DNA of 60,944 nucleotides, counting the filler. It is 3 parts of 3 records of this genome, joined end to end, with 100 filler letters (N's around TTAATTAATTAA, not from the genome) between each part and the next. Parts side by side here need not be neighbours in the genome. Positions count along the whole stretch, not along the records: positions 1 to 28,486 come from SRR31156797_2667; 2 more parts are not named here. The stretch is one strand, 5' to 3'. Below the pieces are notes generated by a model. It saw only the letters and a program-made list of their open reading frames with translations, searched no databases and was not told the origin of the DNA. Shown piece after piece: positions 1 to 10,275 of this stretch. Every line of letters begins with the position of its first letter. The first letter of the stretch is position 1. Position numbers and translations under genes: made by a program.

Positions 1-1338
1 GAAACTTCTCCTGAAGATTTAGAAGGAATGCTAGTAGCCAAAGGTATTCTGACTGCTCGCGGTGGGATGACTTCTCATGCTGCTGTGGTTGCGAGGGGTA
101 TGGGCAAATGTTGTGTTTCTGGTGCTGGAGCTTTAAAAATTGATTATAAAGAAAGAACATTAAGAATTAACGGCACAACCTATAACGAAGGTGATTGGAT
201 TTCATTAAATGGTTCTTCTGGTGAGGTGTATTCCGGTCAGGTTAAAACACGTCAACCTGATTTAGATGGAGATTTTGGTTCCATCATGGATTTTGCGTCT
301 AAATATACTCGCATGAACGTGAGAACCAATGCAGATACCCCTAAAGATGCAAAAGTAGCCCGAGAATTTGGTGCTGAAGGAATTGGTTTATGTCGCACAG
401 AGCATATGTTCTTTGAAGGAGAAAGAATTAAAACGGTACGTGAAATGATTCTTTCATCTGACGAAAAAGGAAGAAGAGCTGCTCTTGATAAATTATTACC
501 TTTCCAAAGAGGTGATTTTGAAGGAATTTTAGAAGCCATGGAAGGTTATGGTGTTACTATCCGCCTACTGGATCCTCCTTTACACGAATTTGTTCCGCAT
601 ACAGAAGCGGCTCAGCAGGAAATGGCTAAAGAAATGGGTATTAGCTTAGCAGAGGTTAAAACTAAAGTATCTGATTTATCCGAGTTTAACCCAATGTTGG
701 GACACAGAGGCTGTCGTTTAGGAAATACATATCCGGAGATAACTGAAATGCAGGCTCGCGCTATTATAGAAGCCGCACTAAATCTAAAAGCAAAAGGTAT
801 TGATACAAAACCGGAAATTATGGTACCTCTCATCGGAACTGTTGAAGAATTAAAAATGCAAGCAAAAATAATTCACGAAACAGCTTCCAAAATATTTGAT
901 GAAAGAGGTGATAAAGTAGAGTACATGGTTGGTACGATGATAGAAATTCCTCGTGCTGCACTAACTGCAGATAAAGTTGCTGAAGTAGCAGAATTCTTTT
1001 CTTTTGGAACCAACGACTTAACACAAATGACCTTTGGTTACTCGCGTGATGATGCCAATAAATTTTTACCTATTTACCTTGAAAAAGGGATCCTTAAAAC
1101 AGATCCGTTCCAGGTACTGGATCAAACAGGAGTTGGACAACTTGTTCAAATGGGAACTGAAAGAGGGCGTTCAACAAAAGCTGATTTAAAAGTCGGTATT
1201 TGTGGTGAACACGGAGGTGAACCTAGTTCTGTTGAATTCTGTGATTCTGTTGGAATGAATTACGTTTCTTGTTCTCCTTTCAGGGTGCCGATTGCCAGAG
1301 TTGCTGCAGCTCAAGCCAACATTAAGAAAAATGGTTAA
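1..1338 (+). CDS. ppdK: Pyruvate phosphate dikinase, C-terminal part (5' truncated; frame open from base 1)
   Basis: [13 protein letters not shown] phospho-His motif, [43 protein letters not shown]. Confidence 0.97.
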   Translation, partial: ETSPEDLEGMLVAKGILTARGGMTSHAAVVARGMGKCCVSGAGALKIDYKERTLRINGTTYNEGDWISLNGSSGEVYSGQVKTRQPDLDGDFGSIMDFASKYTRMNVRTNADTPKDAKVAREFGAEGIGLCRTEHMFFEGERIKTVREMILSSDEKGRRAALDKLLPFQRGDFEGILEAMEGYGVTIRLLDPPLHEFVPHTEAAQQEMAKEMGISLAEVKTKVSDLSEFNPMLGHRGCRLGNTYPEITEMQARAIIEAALNLKAKGIDTKPEIMVPLIGTVEELKMQAKIIHETASKIFDERGDKVEYMVGTMIEIPRAALTADKVAEVAEFFSFGTNDLTQMTFGYSRDDANKFLPIYLEKGILKTDPFQVLDQTGVGQLVQMGTERGRSTKADLKVGICGEHGGEPSSVEFCDSVGMNYVSCSPFRVPIARVAAAQANIKKNG

Positions 1339-1346
1339 TTGAATAT

Positions 1347-1377
1347 AAAAGCGGGTTCATTAAGAATCCGCTTTTTT
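1347..1377. terminator. Bidirectional intrinsic terminator
   Basis: AAAA-GCGGGTTC-attaa-GAATCCGC-TTTTTT between convergent genes. Confidence 0.85.
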
Positions 1378-2566
1378 AATTACTCTTTTTATACCTATAT
1401 CCTATCAGTAAAACATCATCAACCTGCTCATTATAACCCATCCAGTCAATAAAATAATTATTCAGAGCCTCCTTTTGGTGATGCATATGATACGAGCCAT
1501 ATTTCTCCAGGAGTTTTTTGAAATTTACGGTCTTAAGCTTTGTGTTAGCCTCTCCTCCAAACTGATCGGCATAACCATCCGAGAACAGGTAAATACAATC
1601 TTCTGGTTCTAAATGAATAACCGCACTTTTAAATGGAGTTTGTGATGGATAAATACCTACCGGCATTCGGTCCCCTTTAAATTCTATCAACTTTCCCCTC
1701 CTAATTATATAAAGTGGAGAATTGGCTCCTGCAAAATACATTTTATCTTCTTGCGAATCGATGAGTACAATTGCTGCATCTAATCCGTCCGAAATCTCAT
1801 CTTCCTCATAATTTCTAAATGTATTGACAATTAACTTACGTAATTGATTCAGTATTTTTTCGGGATGATAAACGTGCTCAATATTAATCATCTCATTAAT
1901 TAAAGCCATACTCATCATGCTCATCAATGCTCCAGGAACACCGTGTCCAGTACAATCTGCAGCAACCAACAATAATTTATCCTCAATTTCGTGTACCAGG
2001 TAAAAGTCACCACTCACTATATCACGTGGTTTATAAATCACAAAGTATTCATCCATCACTTTTTCGAGGTACGAATTATGCGGCAAGGTAGCTTGTTGTA
2101 TTTTTTGCGCATAATACATGCTATCGGTGATCGTATCATAAATGTCTTCAATTGACTTTAAATACATGGCATTATTATCTAAAGTCTTTTTATACCGAAG
2201 TTGATTGGAAACACGCACCCTAAGCTCTGTATCCAGATAAGGTTTTCTGATAAAATCAGAAGCACCAACATCAAAAACCTTTTCCATGACATCCGGATCG
2301 TCAATGGCTGACATAAAAATCACTGGAATATCCTTAGTCTCCGTATTTTTTTTTAGCGCTTTACAAACCTCATATCCATCCATCCCATCCATAACCACAT
2401 CCAGCAAAACCAAATCTGGCTTTTTAGGACCATTGGCAATTCGCAATGCGTTTTCGCCCGTAGTTGCTGCCATGCAAGTATATTCCTTAAGCACATCACC
2501 AACGGCCTGAATACTTACTTTAGAATCATCAACTATTAAAATTTTCTGGGGATCGGGTGTAAACAT
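1376..2566 (-). CDS. Response regulator receiver fused to SpoIIE/PP2C phosphatase (RsbU-like)
   Basis: ILIVDD...DLVLLDVVM receiver; VSGDFY, ADCTGHGVPGA, FSDGYADQFGG and DD PP2C motifs; likely start ATG 2566. Confidence 0.9.
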   Translation of the reverse strand: MFTPDPQKILIVDDSKVSIQAVGDVLKEYTCMAATTGENALRIANGPKKPDLVLLDVVMDGMDGYEVCKALKKNTETKDIPVIFMSAIDDPDVMEKVFDVGASDFIRKPYLDTELRVRVSNQLRYKKTLDNNAMYLKSIEDIYDTITDSMYYAQKIQQATLPHNSYLEKVMDEYFVIYKPRDIVSGDFYLVHEIEDKLLLVAADCTGHGVPGALMSMMSMALINEMINIEHVYHPEKILNQLRKLIVNTFRNYEEDEISDGLDAAIVLIDSQEDKMYFAGANSPLYIIRRGKLIEFKGDRMPVGIYPSQTPFKSAVIHLEPEDCIYLFSDGYADQFGGEANTKLKTVNFKKLLEKYGSYHMHHQKEALNNYFIDWMGYNEQVDDVLLIGYRYKKSN

Positions 2567-2642
2567 AAAGTAACCAGTTTTTCCTATCAATATAAGGATT
2601 TTAGGCAATACTCCAACCAATATCCTTGCTCTTGTTTAACTT

Positions 2643-2673
2643 TTTGATTCTAAATTTTATTAGCTTATCTTTG
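2643..2673 (+). promoter_or_regulatory. Bacteroidota sigmaA-type promoter (-33 TTTG / -7 TAnnTTTG)
   Basis: TTTG at 2643, TATCTTTG at 2666-2673. Confidence 0.65.
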
Positions 2674-2679
2674 TGGCTC

Positions 2680-2733
2680 ATGAAAATTACTACTGTACAT
2701 ATTACCTTCTTGAATCACGTGTATTCGGTGTAA
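2680..2733 (+). CDS. Putative 17-aa leader peptide MKITTVHITFLNHVYSV upstream of rsgA
   Basis: ATG near the predicted transcription start; stop abuts an inverted repeat (CGACAGGTG 2735-2743 / CACCTGTCG 2786-2794). Confidence 0.45.
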   Translation: MKITTVHITFLNHVYSV

Positions 2734-2836
2734 CCGACAGGTGGTTATTATTTTTATGTCTCACCAGTTAAACACTGCGTGAAAGCACCTGTCGTATTTA
2801 TTTCCTGATTTTTTAATTTTTTATTTCAAAACAAAA

Positions 2837-3898
2837 ATGAATACCTTTTTATATCATTTAGGTTTTTGCGACGAAGTACTTCATCAGAAAACACTATCAC
2901 CTGATTTTAAAGTCGCCAGAGTTATTTCAGAACATAAAGAAAGATATACGGTAAAAAACGAACTTGGAAATTTTGATGCCGAAATAATGGGAAATTTAAG
3001 ATTCTCGGCACAAAGCAGAGCTGACTTTCCGGCTGTTGGAGATTGGGTTTCCATTAGCATCTATGATGCTAACAAAGCTCTAATTCACGAAATTCTGTAC
3101 CGAAAAAATAAACTTCAACGTAAGTCGATTGGTAAAGAAAGTGACCAACAAATTATTGCTACAAACGTGGATTATGCATTTATTGTAGAAGGAGTCAATC
3201 GCGATTTTAATATTAACCGCCTGGAACGATATATAACCATTTGTCTGGATGCTAAAATTACACCTATTGTAGTGATCAATAAAATTGATTTATGTAGCGC
3301 TGCTGAATTAGAGCAAATAAAAAAGGATATCCACGAACGGATTCCACTTTATCAGCTTTTATTTACCAGTTGCAATAGCTTTGAAGGCATCGATACACTT
3401 AGGTCAAATATATTACCTGAGAAAACCTATTGCTTTTTAGGCTCTTCGGGAGTTGGAAAATCTACTATGATCAATCAACTTATCGGAGAAATACAATTGA
3501 AAACAAGTGCTATCAGTCAGAGCGTAGACAGAGGAAAACATACCACATCTCATAGAGAGTTATTTGTGCTTAAAGATGGTGGTATTGTGATCGATAATCC
3601 CGGAATGAGAGAAGTGGGGATCGCCAATGCTGATCAAGGCTTAAAAAATAGTTTTAACCAGATTCAACAATTAGCTGAGCAATGTAAGTACAGTGATTGT
3701 ACACATACGCACGAAAAGGGCTGTGCTGTTCTGGAAGCGATCGATAGCGGAGAATTAAATGCAGAAAGCTACCACAATTATATAAAATTGTATAAGGAGC
3801 AACAGCATTACGAATCGTCGGTAACAGACAGAAAACGAAAAGAAAAGAATTTATCGAAATTGATAAAACAGGTAAAAACCAAAAGACCTGATAAATAA
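2837..3898 (+). CDS. rsgA: Ribosome small subunit-dependent GTPase A (long paralog type)
   Basis: PAVGDWV, NKID, GSSGVGKST, GKHTT, IDNPGMRE and CxxxDCxHxxExGC Zn motif. Confidence 0.95.
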   Translation: MNTFLYHLGFCDEVLHQKTLSPDFKVARVISEHKERYTVKNELGNFDAEIMGNLRFSAQSRADFPAVGDWVSISIYDANKALIHEILYRKNKLQRKSIGKESDQQIIATNVDYAFIVEGVNRDFNINRLERYITICLDAKITPIVVINKIDLCSAAELEQIKKDIHERIPLYQLLFTSCNSFEGIDTLRSNILPEKTYCFLGSSGVGKSTMINQLIGEIQLKTSAISQSVDRGKHTTSHRELFVLKDGGIVIDNPGMREVGIANADQGLKNSFNQIQQLAEQCKYSDCTHTHEKGCAVLEAIDSGELNAESYHNYIKLYKEQQHYESSVTDRKRKEKNLSKLIKQVKTKRPDK

Positions 3899-4009
3899 AT
3901 TGAAATCGATAAAGCAGATGGATATGGTTTCCTGTTCAGCTATCTTTTTTACTATTTTTGCCACTTCAATGGGAAGTGGCTTTACATTAACAATTAAAAA
4001 CAAGAACAA

Positions 4010-6544
4010 TTGATATATCCTGATTTTTTTGAGGAAAAGATTCGGTTTGATAAGATTAGAGATTTAATAAAAAACCAATGTTTAAGTTCGCTGGGGAAAG
4101 AACGCGTTGACGAAATGCGCTTTGTTACTTTGCACGACGTGGTTCACCGATGGGTAAATCAAACCAACGAATTTAAAAGAATCTGTGTGGAAGAATCATC
4201 ATTCCCAACCAGTTATTATATAGATGTTCGCGGTCCATTGAGCCGGATAAAAGTGGAAGGACTTTTTCTGGAAGAAAGAGAATTATTTGATTTAAGGCGA
4301 TCCTTAATGTCAGTAAAAGACATTGTCCGTTTCTTTAAAAAGAAAGAAGAAGACAAGGCCTATCCTTTTTTGCGCGAAATTGCTTCAAAAGTAATGGTGT
4401 ATCCCTACATTTTTGAACGCATCGATCAAATACTAAATAAGTTTGGTAAGATAAAAGACAATGCTTCGCCTGAACTGGCTCGTATCAGAAGTGAAATCAT
4501 AAAGAAACAATCCAGTGTTTCCAGAAAAATGGCTTCGATATTAAATCATGCCAGAATGGAAGGGCTGGTTGATTCTGATACTAATGTGGCTATTCGGGAT
4601 GGTAGAGCGGTTATTCCTATTCCTGCCGGAAACAAAAGAAAACTAAATGGTATTATTCATGATGAATCGGCTACCGGGAAAACGGCATTTATTGAACCTA
4701 CCGAAATTGTTGAAATCAACAATGCAATTAGAGAATTAGAATATGCCGAAAAAAGGGAAATAAATAGAATACTACTGGCCTTTTCAGATAGTATTCGTCC
4801 GTATTTGAATGACTTAATATATTCGTATGAGTTTTTAGGTATCATGGATTTTATCAGAGCCAAAGCTAAATTTGCGCTTCAGATAAATGCTTGCTTACCA
4901 AATATGGTCAATAACCCGGAAGTAAACTGGGAAGAAGCCACACACCCTTTGTTGTATCTACAGCATTCTGCTGAAGGAAAAGAAGTGGTGCCTTTGGATA
5001 TTCAACTGAATAAATCGCAGCGGATTGTTTTAATATCGGGACCTAATGCCGGGGGTAAATCTGTTTGTTTACAAACGGTTGGTTTATTGCAATACATGTT
5101 TCAGTGTGGTTTATTGGTGCCGATGGATGAAAGAAGTACCGTTGGAATTTACAACCATATTTTTATCGACATAGGTGATCAGCAATCTATAGAGAACGAC
5201 TTAAGTACCTATAGTTCTCACCTGTTGAATATGAAATATTTCCTAAAACACGGAACGCCGGAAACGTTGGTGCTGATTGATGAATTTGGTACCGGAACAG
5301 AACCAGCTTTAGGAGGAGCCATAGCAGAATCGGTATTGAAAAAATTTAATGACATGGCTCTGAATGGTGTAATTACCACGCACTACACCAACTTAAAACA
5401 CTACGCTTCGGGAGTAGAAGGGATTGAAAACGGAGCCATGCAGTTTGATACGCATCAGATAAAGCCTTTGTTTAAGCTGGTGATTGGACAACCTGGTAGT
5501 TCTTTTGCTTTTGAGATTGCCCGAAAAATCGGATTGCCTGAAGATTTGCTGGATGAAGCTAAAGCTCAAATTGGAGAAGATCACATCAACTTTGATAAAC
5601 ACCTGAGAGAAATAGCTCGAGATAAAAGGTATTGGGAAAAGAAACGTGATAATATCCGTCGTAAAGACAAGCAACTGGAAGATGTGTACGAAAAATATGT
5701 TGGGCATCTGGAACAAACGCAAAAAGAGCGAAAGCAAATTATTGAGAAAGCGCGAAAGGAAGCCGAAGAAATAATGGCTACTGCCAACAAAAAGATAGAA
5801 CGTACCATTCGTGAAATAAAGGAAAGCCAGGCCGAAAAAGAACGAACCCAAAAAGCGCGTGAGTCTTTAAATAACTTTAAAGAGCGACTGGATAAAACTG
5901 ACGATAAACAACAAAAAAAGATTGAACGCGAAATAGAACGCATCAAGAATCGTCAGAAAAAGAAAGGTGAGAAAGTTGAGGATGACCAACAAGAGGTAGC
6001 GAAACAAAGTCATCAAAAACAGGAGAAAAAAGCATCTGTAAAAAAACCAGCGAGCGAACAGGATAAAACGATACGAACAGGAGACAAAGTGCGGCTAGAA
6101 GGACAGTCGTTACCTGGCGAGGTTATGGAAATAAATGGCAAGAATGCACTCGTTGCTTTTGGACAGTTAATCACCAATGTGAAGCTTAACCGATTAGAAA
6201 AAATCAGCAACAAGCAAGTAAAGCAGGCCATGCGTTCTATGAATCAAAATAGCCTTGGAGCCAATTTATCTGAAAAAGTCAGACAAAGAAAGCTTACCTT
6301 TAAACCAGACATCGATGTTCGCGGGCAACGCACAGACGAAGCAATTCAAAATGTAACCAACCATATTGATGACGCGATTATGTGCGAAGTGAGTTCTGTG
6401 AAGATTTTGCATGGAAAAGGAAACGGAATCTTAAGACAGATGCTTCGCGAGATGCTAAATACCATGCCACACGTTCGTAGTTTTAGGGATGAACACATTC
6501 AACAAGGCGGAAGTGGCATTACTATTGTTGAAATCGACATCTAA
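4010..6544 (+). CDS. mutS2: MutS2 family protein (Smr domain)
   Basis: GPNAGGKS Walker A, IENDLSTYSSH, DEFGTGTEP, coiled coil, KOW-like segment, C-terminal Smr ILHGKGNG; TTG start. Confidence 0.95.
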   Translation: MIYPDFFEEKIRFDKIRDLIKNQCLSSLGKERVDEMRFVTLHDVVHRWVNQTNEFKRICVEESSFPTSYYIDVRGPLSRIKVEGLFLEERELFDLRRSLMSVKDIVRFFKKKEEDKAYPFLREIASKVMVYPYIFERIDQILNKFGKIKDNASPELARIRSEIIKKQSSVSRKMASILNHARMEGLVDSDTNVAIRDGRAVIPIPAGNKRKLNGIIHDESATGKTAFIEPTEIVEINNAIRELEYAEKREINRILLAFSDSIRPYLNDLIYSYEFLGIMDFIRAKAKFALQINACLPNMVNNPEVNWEEATHPLLYLQHSAEGKEVVPLDIQLNKSQRIVLISGPNAGGKSVCLQTVGLLQYMFQCGLLVPMDERSTVGIYNHIFIDIGDQQSIENDLSTYSSHLLNMKYFLKHGTPETLVLIDEFGTGTEPALGGAIAESVLKKFNDMALNGVITTHYTNLKHYASGVEGIENGAMQFDTHQIKPLFKLVIGQPGSSFAFEIARKIGLPEDLLDEAKAQIGEDHINFDKHLREIARDKRYWEKKRDNIRRKDKQLEDVYEKYVGHLEQTQKERKQIIEKARKEAEEIMATANKKIERTIREIKESQAEKERTQKARESLNNFKERLDKTDDKQQKKIEREIERIKNRQKKKGEKVEDDQQEVAKQSHQKQEKKASVKKPASEQDKTIRTGDKVRLEGQSLPGEVMEINGKNALVAFGQLITNVKLNRLEKISNKQVKQAMRSMNQNSLGANLSEKVRQRKLTFKPDIDVRGQRTDEAIQNVTNHIDDAIMCEVSSVKILHGKGNGILRQMLREMLNTMPHVRSFRDEHIQQGGSGITIVEIDI

Positions 6545-6557
6545 ATAATAATTAGAT

Positions 6558-7271
6558 ATGACAACAGCCATACATGTACTAGCTTCAACTGCGGCATCTG
6601 CCGGGTTTATTCATACGGTTTTAGGCCCGGATCATTACCTGCCTTTTATTATGATTGGGAAAGCGCAGAATTGGAAACTAACTAAAATTCTGGGCTTAAC
6701 TTTTCTTTGTGGTATAGGACATGTATTAAGCTCTGTTTTATTGGGCTTTGTTGGCATTTTTTTAGGCGTTGGACTCGAAAAATTAAATATTATTGAAGCC
6801 TCAAGAGGTAATCTTGCCTCCTGGGCTTTAATTATTTTTGGCTTGCTATACGCCGTTTTGGGGTTAAGAAAAGCTTACAAAAGCAAAAAACATACGCACA
6901 CCCATTTACATAGTTGCGGCGTAGTTCACACCCACGAACATTCCCACACCAGCGATCACAGTCATATTCACGCAAAAAAAGAAGGTAAAGCAATTACACC
7001 ATGGGTTCTGTTTATCATTTTTGTGCTTGGACCGTGCGAAGTACTTATACCTTTTATCATGTATCCGGCCGCTCAACAAAGTATTTCCGGGATGTTTTTA
7101 GTTACTTTGTCGTTTAGTATTACCACCTTATTAACCATGCTGGGTACCGTTACCTTAGGCATTTATGGTTTTTCGTTTATTTCATTGAAAAAAAGCGCAC
7201 AATATGTTCACGCTATCGCAGGGGTAATCATCTTTTTTTCGGGTCTTGCTATACAGTTTTTTCCCATTTAA
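6558..7271 (+). CDS. His-rich nickel/cobalt transporter-like membrane protein (UreH/NicO/RcnA-like)
   Basis: HTVLGPDH motif, GIGH, central HTHTHLH...HTHEHSH loop, PCE motif, several TM helices. Confidence 0.75.
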   Translation: MTTAIHVLASTAASAGFIHTVLGPDHYLPFIMIGKAQNWKLTKILGLTFLCGIGHVLSSVLLGFVGIFLGVGLEKLNIIEASRGNLASWALIIFGLLYAVLGLRKAYKSKKHTHTHLHSCGVVHTHEHSHTSDHSHIHAKKEGKAITPWVLFIIFVLGPCEVLIPFIMYPAAQQSISGMFLVTLSFSITTLLTMLGTVTLGIYGFSFISLKKSAQYVHAIAGVIIFFSGLAIQFFPI

Positions 7272-7353
7272 AAACGGCCACTTTAAACATAGGTGAAAAC
7301 TTGCATGGATTTTATATATAATGTAAATTGTAAATACCACGCACGTCTGAAAT

Positions 7354-8478
7354 ATGCTATTAAATAAGTCATACAACATATTGTTCCTCATTTTGATTAC
7401 TTTTTTGAGCGCTTGCAACGAAGCTCCGGAAAAAGTAGAAAGTCGCAATGAATATGGCTTACCCAACCATCCTTCTTACATATCGCCCAAGCTATACAAC
7501 ATTTACCCTCTAGATAAAGCACCGGTTATTGATGGTATTATTTTAGATGAAGAATGGAAAGACATTCCCTGGAGTAAAACACTGGTTTCTGAAGCCGATA
7601 ATAACATAGCGACAGCTGATTACAGCACTAAATACAAATTGGCCAGAAGTAGTGATTCCTTGTATTTTGCCGCCGTTATTTTCGATCAGCATATTTGGTC
7701 AAGGCATGATATCTGTGAATCCTATTTTTTTGATGACAATTTTATTGAATTATATATTGATGCTGATGCTGATGAGTATGATTATGTGGTTTTAAAGATA
7801 AATGCCCTGGGCGATTTTTGCGGTGAATACAGAAACCGAGACAGCATTGCTCCCTTACTCCGTTTTTCATTATTAGATGATAACACTGCCCGATGCAAAG
7901 TATTTGTTGAAGGCTCCATTAACAATCCATCCGATTTGGATACCTACTGGTCGGTTGAATGCTCCATACCCTTTAATTTTATTTTGGATGATAAAAACAT
8001 ACTCAAACCCATAGAAATGTGGAAAGCCAATGTGCAACGTATTCACTGGTCTTCAGTCATAGTTTCCGGGATTTACAAAAAACTAATTGATCCAGAAACA
8101 GGAATAAAATATCCAGGAGATAAGTGGGTTTGGAATTATATGGACGAAAACAGCATTTACACACCTGAGTTCTGGGGCGAATGGCATTTGCTAAACCTGA
8201 ACAAAACAAATCAGGCCATTAATCAGCAGGAATTTGAAAGGAAAGTAAAATGGGAACTCCGAAATATTTACTACGCACAACAACTTCATTATAAAAAGCA
8301 CAAACGTTACGCACATAAAATTGCCGGCCTTAAAGATACCGGTCTCGATCTTTCTAACTTGATGTTTAAGCCCAAAATTCAGGCAAGAAACAAGAGTTAT
8401 TCGGCCACCATTTTAAATTCCAACACCGGCCTTTCCTACTCCATTAACGAAAAAGGTAAATTATCAGTTCAACAGTAA
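7354..8478 (+). CDS. Lipoprotein with CBM9-like/DOMON sugar-binding domain
   Basis: Lipobox LSAC; APVIDG...EEW..PW, DSLYF, WSVECSIP, W.W...PEFWG pattern. Confidence 0.7.
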   Translation: MLLNKSYNILFLILITFLSACNEAPEKVESRNEYGLPNHPSYISPKLYNIYPLDKAPVIDGIILDEEWKDIPWSKTLVSEADNNIATADYSTKYKLARSSDSLYFAAVIFDQHIWSRHDICESYFFDDNFIELYIDADADEYDYVVLKINALGDFCGEYRNRDSIAPLLRFSLLDDNTARCKVFVEGSINNPSDLDTYWSVECSIPFNFILDDKNILKPIEMWKANVQRIHWSSVIVSGIYKKLIDPETGIKYPGDKWVWNYMDENSIYTPEFWGEWHLLNLNKTNQAINQQEFERKVKWELRNIYYAQQLHYKKHKRYAHKIAGLKDTGLDLSNLMFKPKIQARNKSYSATILNSNTGLSYSINEKGKLSVQQ

Positions 8479-8556
8479 ACAGTTGACAGTGAACAGTAAA
8501 CAATGAACAGTAAACAATGAACAGTGAACAGTGAACAGTTAGCAGTAGGCAGTATC
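8473..8556 (+). repeat. Tandem heptamer array, about 12 x CARTNNN
   Basis: cagtaaa cagttga cagtgaa cagtaaa caatgaa...; the first unit contains the upstream stop codon. Confidence 0.9.
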
Positions 8557-8646
8557 TGTTTTCTAAAATTCGATAAGAGTATCCTGCATTTATCAATTTC
8601 CAAATAGAAACCACCCGTAAATAGGCCTTGGAATGACTTTAAATCG

Positions 8647-8853
8647 AAGTCAATCAACTATTATTCAGCATCAATGCGAATAATATTAGAATCATACCTG
8701 TTTTTAAATGAATCATGATAAGTTAATTCTGAATCATATATTAAAATATGGAGTCAAAGCATATTTTATTAGAATCAAAGCTAATTTTTTCAACTAAAAT
8801 GTTCTTTGATTATTATATTTTTAGTTTGATTATGAACGACATAGCTATGATTA
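8647..8853. repeat. Degenerate 20-21-bp-period array (GAATCA-like x7, then inverted TGATTA x3)
   Basis: Cores at 8647, 8668, 8689, 8710, 8731, 8751, 8772; TGATTA at 8807, 8827, 8848. Confidence 0.6.
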
Positions 8854-8977
8854 TAAATTAACTTTGTACTTTAATTCATTATCACTTCCGATCGCCGATT
8901 AACCTTCTACTTTTAACAATTAACTACTTACCCTTTATAAATATCCTCTTAGTTCAAGCATCCAACTATCCCTAAAA

Positions 8978-9026
8978 ACTAATTACTGCTAACTGAATAC
9001 TGATTACTGTTAACTGCCAACGACTA
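8978..9026 (-). repeat. Tandem heptamer array in inverted orientation (ACTGNNN on + strand)
   Basis: actaatt actgcta actgaat actgatt actgtta actgcca; abuts the stop of the minus-strand gene. Confidence 0.8.
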
Positions 9027-10265
9027 ATCAAACTGCATTTTTCTAAACCAGCTTTCTACCATAGACATGCTCACTCCAATTTCGTAGTAGTTTTCGGTGA
9101 TTAGGCTACCGCTACGCGTACCTCTGTGTCCGTATTTAAAGCTGACATTTAAATATGATTTTTGTGTTCGTAAAGGAATACCCACTCCGGCAGTAATTCC
9201 TCTGTCTACTATAGTATTTCCTTTTACTTTTATATATGAATCCTGATAAAACCCACCCATACGCCACAGATATGGATTAGCTCTTCTGCTTTTCTTTCTA
9301 AAATACTCTACTCCTCCATTAAAGTAATGGCTATTTTTAAGTTGCACCAGGTTACTGCCATCATACAGTCCGCTCCAATCCTGATTTTTATAGTCCAAGG
9401 CTACTTTAATACCACTTTGATTAAGCCAGCTAATACCTCCACCATAAAGAGCTGGCAAACTATAATCATCTCCATCTAGTTCTTCTGTAATTCCGGCTCC
9501 ACTCGTACTTGTCGTTTGTACATCTCTTTCGCTTTTGAACACTGTTTCTAGATTATAAATACCCCCTATGGTAATTTTACTTTTTTCGAATGGGATGGCA
9601 TACTGGAATCCGGTTTCGAGATTTAATTGCTGCAAAAAGTCGGCATATTGAATACTTAATTCACCACCAATTTCAGAGGAAGTAAACAATTCAGTCTTTT
9701 TCAGTTTTCCAAACAGATAAGACACACGCGCTCCCAATGAAAAGTTATTTCCCAGCTTTAGTGCATTACTGATTGCCAATTGATTTATACCGCCGCTTCC
9801 TTCATAATTTTTAGCAATGGCCGTTGAGGTTCCCTGAATATATGCGGATGAAACCACATTGTAACCCACCGATGAATATTGCCTTAAACCCACTGCTGTT
9901 TTTAAATTTTTAGTTGATTTAAAGGCCAGCCATAAATTGTTTAAACCTCCTGACAATCCTGTTCCGGATTGCGTATTGTGAGAATAACTGGTATAATTTC
10001 CTTTAATGCCTAAATCAATCAACATTTGTTCGGCATGAATATTCGCTAGTGAGGCTGGGTTTAGGCTATTGATACCATAAGCCGATGGTAAAGCAATTCC
10101 AGCGCCTCCCATTGCCTTGTATCTAGCCGAACCAATTTCTTCTATACGCCCTATGCCAAAAGAGGTATAAGCTGACGGAGAACTATTTTGTCCGTTTACT
10201 TGAAAAACCCACAGGCATAAACCCAACAACAATCCACTTCTTAAATTATATAATCTATATAGCAT
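9024..10265 (-). CDS. FadL/TodX-like outer membrane beta-barrel protein
   Basis: Signal peptide, SAYTSFGIG, AMGGAG, NPASL, alternating beta-strands, C-terminal ESWF. Confidence 0.8.
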   Translation of the reverse strand: MLYRLYNLRSGLLLGLCLWVFQVNGQNSSPSAYTSFGIGRIEEIGSARYKAMGGAGIALPSAYGINSLNPASLANIHAEQMLIDLGIKGNYTSYSHNTQSGTGLSGGLNNLWLAFKSTKNLKTAVGLRQYSSVGYNVVSSAYIQGTSTAIAKNYEGSGGINQLAISNALKLGNNFSLGARVSYLFGKLKKTELFTSSEIGGELSIQYADFLQQLNLETGFQYAIPFEKSKITIGGIYNLETVFKSERDVQTTSTSGAGITEELDGDDYSLPALYGGGISWLNQSGIKVALDYKNQDWSGLYDGSNLVQLKNSHYFNGGVEYFRKKSRRANPYLWRMGGFYQDSYIKVKGNTIVDRGITAGVGIPLRTQKSYLNVSFKYGHRGTRSGSLITENYYEIGVSMSMVESWFRKMQFD

Positions 10266-10275
10266 TTTATTTCTG

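Noticed and set aside
8469-8657. 62-aa minus-strand ORF
   Set aside because: Largely a translation of the heptamer array (CSLFTVH repeats)
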